Shown here: one piece after another, positions 16,944 to 25,615 of the stretch
Numbering within the stretch: the first letter of the stretch is position 1
Layout: each line of letters starts with the position of its first letter
From: Bacteroidales bacterium
Lineage (GTDB): Bacteria; Bacteroidota; Bacteroidia; Bacteroidales; UBA3663
Assembly (NCBI GenBank): GCA_045617885.1
Contig: JAZLJN010000059.1
Span: forward strand, 5,042 to 69,041
Reading direction: 5' to 3'
DNA: 64,000 nt
Translations under genes and position numbers: made by a program
Notes under the pieces: model-generated
Databases searched by the model: none
What the model saw: only the letters and a program-made list of their open reading frames with translations
Told to the model about the DNA's origin: nothing

Positions 16944-18611
16944 ATGAATAGAATTCTGCTTGCAATTTTCACAATACTTCTGACAATCTCTTTGGGACAG
17001 GCACAAGAGACAAGCAACCATAACCGAATGCGCAATCAGGAAGAACTGCTGGATTTGCTCGATCAGACCATCGAACATCGACAGTTCTTTATCGACGCGC
17101 GTCAGCAGGAGATTGAGGTGCTCAAGAGCCATCTCAAAGGTGCAACTGCCACCATCGAGCGACTGGCGCTCTATTCTGGTCTTTATAATCGGTATGGCAG
17201 CCTGAACAATGACTCGGCATTCGTCTATGCCGAACGTGCCTTTGCTTTGGCGAAAGAGGTAGGACTTGAAATCGATCAGCAACGCACCAGCATTGACTTG
17301 GCTTACTGTTACTGCCTCAGCGGACTATATGATGAGGGTTACCGATTGATGCCCAGCAGGCAGGAGGTACTTCCGGAGGTTCTGCTGAACTATTATATTG
17401 CCCACTGTTCGTTCCTGCAGTGGCAGAGCGAGTTTACTACCATTCCAAAACTCAAGGCAGAGAGACTAAAGCAGTCAAAATGCTATCATGACTCCATCCT
17501 GCTGACTGACAGTAATCCATTGCATCAACTACAGGAACGCGTGCAGATTGAGGGCATGATGTCTCGCCAGGAGGCTCTTAACCGATTGGAACAAACCATA
17601 GATTCCCTCCCCTCAAGCGAAGATTATATCCGCTACATGGCACTAATGGTAGGCACGATCTTCGAAGAGTTGCAACAGCCAGATTCTGCCATCGTCTATT
17701 ATACGATATCTGCCATTTCGGATATGCAGCATGGCATACTTGAGCACGCATCACTGCAACGCGTAGCAGCTCTCCTTTTCGAGAAAGGCAGTGTAGAGCG
17801 CGCCTATCGCTATATGGACTGCTGTCTGAAAGATGCCCACCAGAGTGGAGCACGTCTGCGAGCACTTGAACTCCAGGAAAACCTGGATGTAATCATGGCA
17901 GCCTACAACGGACAGCTGCTGCAGAAGCAACAATCACTGCGTCTGGTACTGATTGTGATTGTGGCATTGCTGGTATTCGTTGTCATCATCAGTTTCTGGC
18001 TCAATAAACTACGCAAGAACCTGAAGAAGAGCAGCCGGCAGTTATTGGCCACGCATGAAGATCTGAAACAAAGCCACCAGCAGCTTGAAGTGGCAATGAA
18101 TGAGGTAAAAAACATGAATGGCCAGCTGGAGCAGACCAACCTCTCCCTTCAGGAAAGTAACCGTATCAAAGATTCCTTTGTGACACAATACATGAAGCAA
18201 TGTCGTGAGGGCATCAGCCAGCTGCAGGGTTATCAGCAGAAACTGCAGCGTCTGGTTATGACACATAGTACTGATCTGCTTGAAGAGACCATCCGCAACA
18301 CTGAAGGACTCGAATCGGAGATGGAAACCTTCTATAACAACTTTGATGAAACCTTCTTAAGCCTTTATCCTGACTTTGTGCAGCAGCTCAATCAGCACCT
18401 TCGCCCAGAAGAACGCTATGCACAGACACCTCACCTGCCTACCGAACTACGAGTGTTCGCCCTAATGCGTCTGGGGGTAACGGATCTTGATGAGATTGCC
18501 GAATTTTTGAGATGCGCTCCAAAGACCGTACTCAACTACCGAAGCCGCCTCCGACAGAAGGCTCAAATCGACAAAGACGAATTAGACCGCTGGATTGTGC
18601 ACAACTCATAG
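16944..18611 (+). CDS. Transmembrane one-component-type regulator: signal peptide, extracytoplasmic TPR-like domain, one TM helix, cytoplasmic coiled coil and C-terminal HTH (DUF6377-like; label from memory)
   Basis: Start MNRILLAIFTILLTISLGQAQ. TM helix LRLVLIVIVALLVFVVIISFWL. Coiled coil QLLATHEDLKQSHQQLEVAMNEVKNMNGQLEQTNLSLQE. LuxR/sigma-70 region-4-like tail ELRVFALMRLGVTDLDEIAEFLRCAPKTVLNYRSRLRQK. It lies immediately upstream of the PUL-2 susC. Confidence 0.65.
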   Translation: MNRILLAIFTILLTISLGQAQETSNHNRMRNQEELLDLLDQTIEHRQFFIDARQQEIEVLKSHLKGATATIERLALYSGLYNRYGSLNNDSAFVYAERAFALAKEVGLEIDQQRTSIDLAYCYCLSGLYDEGYRLMPSRQEVLPEVLLNYYIAHCSFLQWQSEFTTIPKLKAERLKQSKCYHDSILLTDSNPLHQLQERVQIEGMMSRQEALNRLEQTIDSLPSSEDYIRYMALMVGTIFEELQQPDSAIVYYTISAISDMQHGILEHASLQRVAALLFEKGSVERAYRYMDCCLKDAHQSGARLRALELQENLDVIMAAYNGQLLQKQQSLRLVLIVIVALLVFVVIISFWLNKLRKNLKKSSRQLLATHEDLKQSHQQLEVAMNEVKNMNGQLEQTNLSLQESNRIKDSFVTQYMKQCREGISQLQGYQQKLQRLVMTHSTDLLEETIRNTEGLESEMETFYNNFDETFLSLYPDFVQQLNQHLRPEERYAQTPHLPTELRVFALMRLGVTDLDEIAEFLRCAPKTVLNYRSRLRQKAQIDKDELDRWIVHNS

Positions 18612-18752
18612 ACTGCTTATTTTGATTCCTGAAAAATAATATTTGTTGCACCGGATAGAAAAAATGTTGTAAATTCTGTTTCCTCTTCATCCTAATATAT
18701 AGAGTTGCTCATTTGATAAAACTTTATTTTTCAATAGTTTGCAAAAAAGTTC

Positions 18753-18792
18753 GTTCCCACCGCCCATTTGTTATAGGTGGGAACGTTTTTTT
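18753..18792 (+). terminator. Intrinsic terminator after the regulator gene
   Basis: GTTCCCACC (18753-18761) pairs with GGTGGGAAC (18776-18784), followed by GTTTTTTT. Confidence 0.7.
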
Positions 18793-18796
18793 GTTG

Positions 18797-18804
18797 TACC
18801 TTTG
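18797..18804 (+). promoter_or_regulatory. -7 box (TACCTTTG) for the PUL-2 susC operon
   Basis: TACCTTTGCAGCGC lies 79 nt upstream of the ATG at 18883 and directly after the terminator. Confidence 0.5.
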
Positions 18805-18882
18805 CAGCGCTTATTTGGAGACTATATTGACAAAAACAAAGAAAGCAACAAATATTATTTACACAATTTAAAAACACAAGAC

Positions 18883-21800
18883 ATGAAACGATTCCTATTG
18901 ATTGCTGCCATGATGATCTGCACTACGGTGCTGGCACTGGCACAAGTGAAGGTTCATGGCACCGTGATGGACAAGGGGCTCGGTGAGCCAGTCCTTGGTG
19001 CTACGGTCCTCGAGGTAGGCACCACGAACGGTACTGTTACCGACTTCGATGGTAACTTCGAACTGACCGTCAAGGAGGGCGCAACCCTCCAGTTCAGTTA
19101 CATCGGTTACACCACCGTACAGCTTCCTGCTGCAGCTGAGATGAACATCGAACTCAGTGAGGATGCTGAGATGATGGAAGAAGTAGTCGTTACCGGTTAT
19201 ACCACTCAGCGTAAGGCTGACTTGACAGGTTCGGTAGCAGTTATTTCTACCAAAGACATGAAGACCAACTCGAACCCAGACCCAATGAAGTCTCTGCAGG
19301 GTAAGGTTGCTGGTATGACCGTGACCACTAATGGTTCGCCTGCTGGTACTGCTACAATCCGTATTCGTGGTATTGGTTCTATTAACTCTAACCAGGATCC
19401 TCTCTACGTTATTGACGGTGTACCTACTACCTCTGGTTTGAATACACTTAATGCTGCTGACATTGAGTCAATGCAGGTATTGAAGGATGCCGCTTCGGCT
19501 TCTATCTATGGTAGCCGTGCTGCCAACGGTGTCATCATCATCACCACAAAGAGTGGTAAGAAGGGTGACGGCAAGGTAAAGGTTGACTTCAACGCTTCAA
19601 TGACTGCCAACTTCTACAACAGCCAGTCGAAGATGAAGCTGATGGATTCACACGAATATGCTACCGCTATGGCTCAGGCTGCTCTGAATGATGGCATGGA
19701 CCCAGTGACTTATGCTCTCAACTACGGACTCAACCTCAATGCCAGCAATGGTTTCGGCATTCAGGCTTACGACATTGCAAGCGGTGAGTACAAGAACTAT
19801 ACCGTGGCTGGTGCTTATGGCAATGGCGAATTCATCAACAACAGCCAGAAGATGCGTCTCAGCAATACCGACTGGCTCGATGAGATCAGCCGCGTAGGTG
19901 TGACCCAGAACTATGACCTCTCACTCAGCAATGGTTCGGAGAAGGGCTCGCAGATGCTCAGCCTCGGTTACAAGAAGGCTGAAGGTGTCCTGAAGTACAC
20001 CGACTTTGAGAACATCTCTATCCGTCTGAACTCTACATATAATATTAATAAGGTAGTGAACGTGGGTGAGAACTTCACCCTTACCTATAGCGACCAGGTT
20101 GATTGCGCTCCTCTTGAGAATGCACTCAAGATGCCTGCTATCATCCCTGTCTATGAGATTGATGGTACTACCTTTGGTGGTCCTGTAGGTTCTATGCGCG
20201 ACCGTCAGAACCCAATGCGCGAACTTGCCTACAACAAGGACAACCGATTGAAGATGTGGCGTATCTTCGGTAACGGCTACATCAACATCAAGCCTTTCAA
20301 GGGCCTTGACCTCCGTTCGAACTTCGGTATTGACTACAATGCCAACTTCATCCACCACATGACCTACACCTTCATCTCTGATAACGTTTCAGAGAAGACT
20401 CCAAAGACCAGTGTAGATCAGACCAACGACCTGAAATGGACCTGGTCAAATACCGCTAACTACCTCGTACCACTTCCAGAAAACCATACACTCACCGCAC
20501 TGGCTGGTTTCGAGCTTTTCAAGCAGGACTTCGTCAACATCAACGGTTCGGCAGAAGGCTTCGCCATTGAGAACGAACTCTACATGTGGCCAAATGCTGC
20601 TACAGGTTCTATGCGCCTCAATGGTGCTAACGTAGGTTACTCGCTCGTGTCATTCTTCGGCAAACTTGACTACAACTGGCAGGATCTGCTCCTCGCATCG
20701 TTCACCATCCGTCGTGACGGTTCAAGCCGCTTCGGTAAAAACAACCGCTATGGTACCTTCCCAGCTGCTTCACTTGGTTACCGTGTATCAAAGCACATGG
20801 ACTATGATTGGCTCACCGACTTGAAGCTCCGCGCATCTTGGGGTCAGACCGGTAACCAGGCTATTGATAACTCTGCCCGCTATACCATCTTCATCGCTGA
20901 CTATGGTACAAGTCGTCAGGATGGTACTGCATACGACTTCAAGGGTGAGGGCGGCGGCCAGTTCAACAGCGGTTATCGCGTACAGAGCACCGGTAATGAC
21001 AACCTCAAGTGGGAGACTGCCGAGCAGTGGAATGCCGGTCTTGACTTCGCATTCTTCAATAATACACTCTTCGGCACCTTCGATGCCTATATCAAGGACG
21101 TAAAGGATATGCTTATCAATCCAGCTTACCTTGGTTCAGTAGGTGAGGGTGGTGCTTCATGGCTCAACGGTCCATCTCTCCGTAACTGGGGTATGGAGCT
21201 CACCGTAGGTTATCGTGGAAAGACTTCGTTCGGCATGGGCTATAGCGTAAACGGCAATGTTGACTTCTTCCGTAACCGTGTAACCTGGTTACCAGAGACT
21301 ACTACCGGTTCTTACGCTCACACTACCAAGCAGAACCTCGTAGAGGCTAAGGTTCCTTACGGTTCAAGCGTAGGTTATGTTGCTGACGGTCTCTTCACCA
21401 GCCGAGAGGAGGTACTTGCTTCTGGTCAGGAGAACGCTCGTCTGGGCGGTATCAAGTATGCTGACCTTGACGGCAACGGCATCATCAACAGCGAGGACCA
21501 GACCTGGATCTTCAACCCAGTACCAGATTTCTCTTACGGTCTCACCGTCAACCTTGATTACAAGGGCTTCGACTTCCAGATGTTCTGGCAGGGTGTAGCT
21601 GGCGTAGATGTATATAATGGTCAGAAGTTCCAGACCGACTTCTATGGTCTGGTGGACGTGAACTCAAGCAAGGGTAGCCGTTTGCTCAATGGCTGGCTCC
21701 CAGGCGTAAACGAGAAGAGCTCTATCCCAATGCTCTCTACCATGAACAACTCTGACGAAGGCCGTGCTTCAACCTATTTCGTAGAGAATGGTTCATACCT

Positions 21801-22005
21801 CAAACTCCGTACGCTCCAGGTGGGCTACACCGTTCCTGAGTCTCTGCTTCAGAAGGCACACATCGCCAATGCCCGCTTCTACCTGAGCGGCAATAACCTC
21901 GCTACCATCAAGAGCAGCAGCCTGACCTGCACTGATCCTGAAAACCCAGGCTTTGCTTATCCTATCTCTACTTCAGTAAGCTTCGGCCTCCAGATCGGCT
22001 TCTAA
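18883..22005 (+). CDS. SusC/RagA family TonB-dependent transporter (fructan PUL-2), a paralogue of 12488-15502
   Basis: Start MKRFLLIAAMMICTTVLALAQ. The ORF-track 5' extension spans the promoter and terminator. The N-terminal ~120 aa are close to the PUL-1 SusC (GATVLEVGTTNGTVTDFDGNFELTV). Plug and barrel motifs are present. Confidence 0.95.
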   Translation: MKRFLLIAAMMICTTVLALAQVKVHGTVMDKGLGEPVLGATVLEVGTTNGTVTDFDGNFELTVKEGATLQFSYIGYTTVQLPAAAEMNIELSEDAEMMEEVVVTGYTTQRKADLTGSVAVISTKDMKTNSNPDPMKSLQGKVAGMTVTTNGSPAGTATIRIRGIGSINSNQDPLYVIDGVPTTSGLNTLNAADIESMQVLKDAASASIYGSRAANGVIIITTKSGKKGDGKVKVDFNASMTANFYNSQSKMKLMDSHEYATAMAQAALNDGMDPVTYALNYGLNLNASNGFGIQAYDIASGEYKNYTVAGAYGNGEFINNSQKMRLSNTDWLDEISRVGVTQNYDLSLSNGSEKGSQMLSLGYKKAEGVLKYTDFENISIRLNSTYNINKVVNVGENFTLTYSDQVDCAPLENALKMPAIIPVYEIDGTTFGGPVGSMRDRQNPMRELAYNKDNRLKMWRIFGNGYINIKPFKGLDLRSNFGIDYNANFIHHMTYTFISDNVSEKTPKTSVDQTNDLKWTWSNTANYLVPLPENHTLTALAGFELFKQDFVNINGSAEGFAIENELYMWPNAATGSMRLNGANVGYSLVSFFGKLDYNWQDLLLASFTIRRDGSSRFGKNNRYGTFPAASLGYRVSKHMDYDWLTDLKLRASWGQTGNQAIDNSARYTIFIADYGTSRQDGTAYDFKGEGGGQFNSGYRVQSTGNDNLKWETAEQWNAGLDFAFFNNTLFGTFDAYIKDVKDMLINPAYLGSVGEGGASWLNGPSLRNWGMELTVGYRGKTSFGMGYSVNGNVDFFRNRVTWLPETTTGSYAHTTKQNLVEAKVPYGSSVGYVADGLFTSREEVLASGQENARLGGIKYADLDGNGIINSEDQTWIFNPVPDFSYGLTVNLDYKGFDFQMFWQGVAGVDVYNGQKFQTDFYGLVDVNSSKGSRLLNGWLPGVNEKSSIPMLSTMNNSDEGRASTYFVENGSYLKLRTLQVGYTVPESLLQKAHIANARFYLSGNNLATIKSSSLTCTDPENPGFAYPISTSVSFGLQIGF

Positions 22006-22008
22006 TTC

Positions 22009-22096
22009 TCGAAGTAAATATATTAACTCGAAAAACTCGAAATATCGAAAATTCGAAATCTTGTTGATTCGAAATATCGACAATTCGATAACTCGT
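22009..22096. repeat. 8-bp phased TCGA array in the susC-to-susD junction of PUL-2
   Basis: TCGA occurs at 22009, 22028, 22037, 22045, 22053, 22069, 22077 and 22085, with TCGT at 22093. From 22037 onwards the 8-bp phase is exact, with 22061 a degenerate TTGT unit. The array starts 4 nt after the susC stop codon. Confidence 0.9.
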
Positions 22097-22113
22097 AAAT
22101 AGAAATTATCATT

Positions 22114-23895
22114 ATGAAACAATATATTTTTGGAGCCCTCGCACTTGCTGCCTCAATGAGCATGACCAGCTGCGACGATTTCCTTGAGGTAAAGCCTTCA
22201 GGTATCGTTGATGAGGAGCTCGCATTCAGTGAGCCAGATGCTATGGTGACTGCCGCTTATGCAGCCCTCGGCGCTGACTGGTACACCTATCCATTCAATC
22301 TCTGGCCTTACGGCTCACTTGCTAGTGACGATGCCCTCAAGGGCGGTGGTGATACTGGCGATACTGAGTATCACGCCGTAGAGATCTGGAGTTCTCTCTC
22401 TTCTACCAATCCTGGTGGCCACATGGATGAGCTCTGGTATCATCTCTATGTATCTATCTCTCGTTGCAACCGTGCCATCATGGCTGTCCGTGATCAGGGC
22501 GAAGAGAAGCTTGGTGCAGAGACTGCTGCTATCCGTATGGGCGAAGCTCGTTTCCTCCGCGGTCACTTCTACTACAAGCTGATTCAGCTCTTCAACCAGG
22601 TTCCTTACATTGATGAGATTTGCCTGCAGAACGCTGCCCAGGAGCAGACCCGCAACGATGAGTTCACACATGATCAGCTTATGGAGAAGGTTATCGCTGA
22701 CTTCGAGGCTGCATACAATGCTCTGCCAGCCCGTCAGAACGATAAGGCTCGTGTCAACAAGGCTGCAGCAGCCGCTATGCTTGCCAAGTGCTACCTCAAC
22801 AAGGCTTACGGCAATGGCTATGAGGCAAGCACCGGTTATGCTCATGTAAATTCTGCTGACATGCAGAAGGTAGTGGAATATACAGACTATGTAATCTCTA
22901 CCGGCAACTACCGCTACGAGCAGGACTTCGGAGATCTCTTCATGCTCGACAACAAGAATGGCTGCGAGTCAATCTTCGCTGTTCAGCACTCAAACTATGA
23001 GGATGACAACACCAAGTTAGGCCGTTCAAACTGGAGCAACATGCTCAACGGCTGTCACGGCATGTGGTCAAAGGGCTGGGACTTCCACAAGCCATCACAG
23101 AACCTTGTCAACGCATTCAAGGTTGACGAGAATGGTCTGCCAATGTTTGATGACTATGAGAAGGTTCACAATATCTATCCTATCAATGGCGTAGAGCAGG
23201 ATCAGAAGTGGGATCCACGTCTGTTCCATACCGTAGGTATTCCTACTTTCCCTTACAAGTATGAGACCGGTGCTTCTGAAGATGGTATCGTCAAGAGCCT
23301 CATCATGACTGCCACTGCCGACAATGCTCGCTGCCCATCTTCATACGGCTACTATGCTTCTCTGAAGGAGGTTCCTCAGCGTTCAAAGGGCGAGAGCTAC
23401 ACCGAGGGTACCTGGCAGGGCTTTGCCATGAACGACTACGTAGTTCGCTACACAGAGATGATGCTCTGGCGTGCTGAGGCACTCATTGAGCTTGGCAAGG
23501 TAGGCGATGGCATCGAGATCATCAACGCCATCCGTCAGCGTGCCAACAACTCTGTAGCCAAGTACATCGGCTATGCTTCTAACCAGATCCGTACCCTGGG
23601 TATGTACTCAACAGGTGCAAGCAAGGATGAGGCTCGTAAGTATCTCCGCTGGGAGAAGCGCCTCGAGATGGCTATGGAGTCAGAGCGTTTCTTCGACCTC
23701 CGTCGCTGGGGTCTCGCTTCTGAGACCATGAATGCTTACTTCCAGGCAGAGCAGAACTCTAACTATGAGGGCATGGATTACGCTGGTTACCTCGCTTCGG
23801 CTCACTTCCAGGCAGGCAAGAACGAGTTCTGGCCAATCCCTTACCAGCAGCTCTTCTACGTGCCAGGATTGTACGTGCAGAATGCAGGATATTAA
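22114..23895 (+). CDS. SusD/RagB family lipoprotein (fructan PUL-2)
   Basis: MKQYIFGALALAASMSMTSCDD is nearly identical to the PUL-1 SusD signal. SusD-like body. C-terminal FWPIPYQQLFYVPGLYVQNAGY. Confidence 0.9.
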   Translation: MKQYIFGALALAASMSMTSCDDFLEVKPSGIVDEELAFSEPDAMVTAAYAALGADWYTYPFNLWPYGSLASDDALKGGGDTGDTEYHAVEIWSSLSSTNPGGHMDELWYHLYVSISRCNRAIMAVRDQGEEKLGAETAAIRMGEARFLRGHFYYKLIQLFNQVPYIDEICLQNAAQEQTRNDEFTHDQLMEKVIADFEAAYNALPARQNDKARVNKAAAAAMLAKCYLNKAYGNGYEASTGYAHVNSADMQKVVEYTDYVISTGNYRYEQDFGDLFMLDNKNGCESIFAVQHSNYEDDNTKLGRSNWSNMLNGCHGMWSKGWDFHKPSQNLVNAFKVDENGLPMFDDYEKVHNIYPINGVEQDQKWDPRLFHTVGIPTFPYKYETGASEDGIVKSLIMTATADNARCPSSYGYYASLKEVPQRSKGESYTEGTWQGFAMNDYVVRYTEMMLWRAEALIELGKVGDGIEIINAIRQRANNSVAKYIGYASNQIRTLGMYSTGASKDEARKYLRWEKRLEMAMESERFFDLRRWGLASETMNAYFQAEQNSNYEGMDYAGYLASAHFQAGKNEFWPIPYQQLFYVPGLYVQNAGY

Positions 23896-23934
23896 AAAAG
23901 TTAAAAAGTTAAAGAGTTAAAAAGTTAAAGAGTT
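23895..23934. repeat. 8-bp tandem repeat AAARAGTT x5 starting at the susD stop codon
   Basis: The units are aaaaagtt, aaaaagtt, aaagagtt, aaaaagtt and aaagagtt in exact phase. Confidence 0.9.
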
Positions 23935-23959
23935 CCCTGCTGCGAAATAAGGAACTCTT
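23928..23959 (+). other. Stem-loop overlapping the last repeat unit (intra-operon hairpin)
   Basis: aagagttcc (23928-23936) pairs with ggaactctt (23951-23959), with a 14-nt loop. Confidence 0.5.
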
Positions 23960-23993
23960 AACTTACACTTAACTCATTATAAAATTAAGAAAA

Positions 23994-25502
23994 ATGAAAA
24001 TCCAATATATTTTTGCAGCATTGGCAGCAGCTTCAATCATGAGTGCCTGCAATGCTGACATGGACATCGACATTGCTGCTCCTGTTCTTACCGCTCCTGA
24101 TGAGAGCACTATCCAGGGCAGTCTCCAGGGTGATGACTATGTTCTCACTTGGAGTGGTAATGGCTCAAAGATGCAGGTGACCCGTTATGCCAATGGTAAT
24201 AAGGCCGGTTCAGAGATCGTTGAGGGTAATAGCTATACTCATCGCGATGTAGAGACTAACGTTCCTTATATGTATATCCTCAAGCTCACTGATGGATTAA
24301 ACTTCTCAAAGGGTGTCATCAAGGAGTTCCTTCGCCAAGGTGCAAGCAAGTGCTCAGGCCTCTCTATGTCTCAGCTTGAGAAGGCTGGTGGCTATGATGC
24401 ACAAGTCACTTGGAATGCCAATCCTTCTGCAGCAGCAGTAAAGCTGATTGCAAACAATGGCGGCGCTCGTGAGATCAAGGAGACTCTGTCTGCAAGTGTG
24501 ACCTCTTACATCATTCCTGATGTTAAGGAGGGCGAGACCTGGAATGTAACCCTCATTGCCGAGAACGAAAAGGGCACCTCTCTGCCAGCAGCTACCTCTC
24601 TCCGTATCGGCAAACTCGCTGTAGCTTACCTCAGCCTCTATGATACTCCTGAGGAGCTCCTCGCTAATGGCGATGATGATGAGGCATACGGCTGGGTTTG
24701 GTTCCATGCCAACTATCCTACCGGCACCTTCGTTCCATTCAGCAGCATTACCTCTGCTGATGTGCTTGAGCCATATCGTGTTGCCTTCTTCATGCGCGAC
24801 ATTGATGATCCTGGCACCGTAGGCTATGATGCCTGGAACTATCCTGAGGTTGTCAATAATGCTACTCCATTCGTAGCAGAGTGGTACAAGAATGGCGGTA
24901 GCCTTCTCCTCTGGAGCCACGCTACCACTTACGTTGGTCATCTGGGCCGTCTTGACCTTGATATGATGAAGAAGAATGACCATGCTATCGGCTACGGCTG
25001 CGGCAATAACCCAGATACCTGGAAGATGGCTGTTCAGCTTGCACCTGCAGGCGGTCGCTTCATCAAGGATCATTCTACCCACCCAATCTTCCGTGGCCTT
25101 GACGTTGAGCCAGCAGGCAACACCAAACTCATCGCTGTGAAGAGCGGTTCGGCATTCACTGAGGATCACAACTGTCTCTTCTTCAACCTGCCTTCTGTCC
25201 TCACCGGCATTGGCAATCAGGAGGAGACCTGCTATCAGGCTGCTACCAAGACCTACGGCCTCTATCCTCTCGGCACCTGGGACAGCCAGATCGATTGGGT
25301 AAGCCAGCTCAACGTATGGGAGGCTCAGCAGGGCAATACTGAGTTCCAGGGAACCATCATCTGCGTAGGCAACGGTGGATGTAACTTCTACCTGCGTACC
25401 CAGGAGGACTTCGACGTACAGACCCAGCCTTCAGGCAATGCATTCCAGGCCAATATTGAAACTATGGCAAAGAATGCCATTGAGTACCTTAAGACTCGCT
25501 AA
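23994..25502 (+). CDS. Surface lipoprotein, putative SGBP of PUL-2, with a single copy of the domain that is duplicated in 8521-10524
   Basis: Lipoprotein signal MKIQYIFAALAAASIMSAC and FN3/Ig-like N-terminal modules (YVLTWSGNGSKMQVTRY). The C-terminal domain is homologous by eye to the PUL-1 SGBP: GGSLLLWSHATTYVGHLGR, THPIFRGL, EDHNCLFFN, NAFQANIETMAKNAIEYLK. Confidence 0.7.
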   Translation: MKIQYIFAALAAASIMSACNADMDIDIAAPVLTAPDESTIQGSLQGDDYVLTWSGNGSKMQVTRYANGNKAGSEIVEGNSYTHRDVETNVPYMYILKLTDGLNFSKGVIKEFLRQGASKCSGLSMSQLEKAGGYDAQVTWNANPSAAAVKLIANNGGAREIKETLSASVTSYIIPDVKEGETWNVTLIAENEKGTSLPAATSLRIGKLAVAYLSLYDTPEELLANGDDDEAYGWVWFHANYPTGTFVPFSSITSADVLEPYRVAFFMRDIDDPGTVGYDAWNYPEVVNNATPFVAEWYKNGGSLLLWSHATTYVGHLGRLDLDMMKKNDHAIGYGCGNNPDTWKMAVQLAPAGGRFIKDHSTHPIFRGLDVEPAGNTKLIAVKSGSAFTEDHNCLFFNLPSVLTGIGNQEETCYQAATKTYGLYPLGTWDSQIDWVSQLNVWEAQQGNTEFQGTIICVGNGGCNFYLRTQEDFDVQTQPSGNAFQANIETMAKNAIEYLKTR

Positions 25503-25520
25503 AGCATAGGTTTCGTTCTC

Positions 25521-25596
25521 CATCAAAGGGAATCAAACGTAAATCAATCTATTATACAACTGAATACTTTGATTTATTTTGATTTCCTTTGGTGGA
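25521..25596. repeat. Long two-tier imperfect hairpin built from AAATCAA/GAATCAAA words
   Basis: ccatcaaagggaatcaaa (25521-25538) pairs with tttgatttcctttggtgg (25579-25596). An inner pair is taaatcaa with tttgattta. It is related to the element at 44598-44668. Confidence 0.6.
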
Positions 25597-25615
25597 GTTT
25601 ATTTTTATTTTTGTC

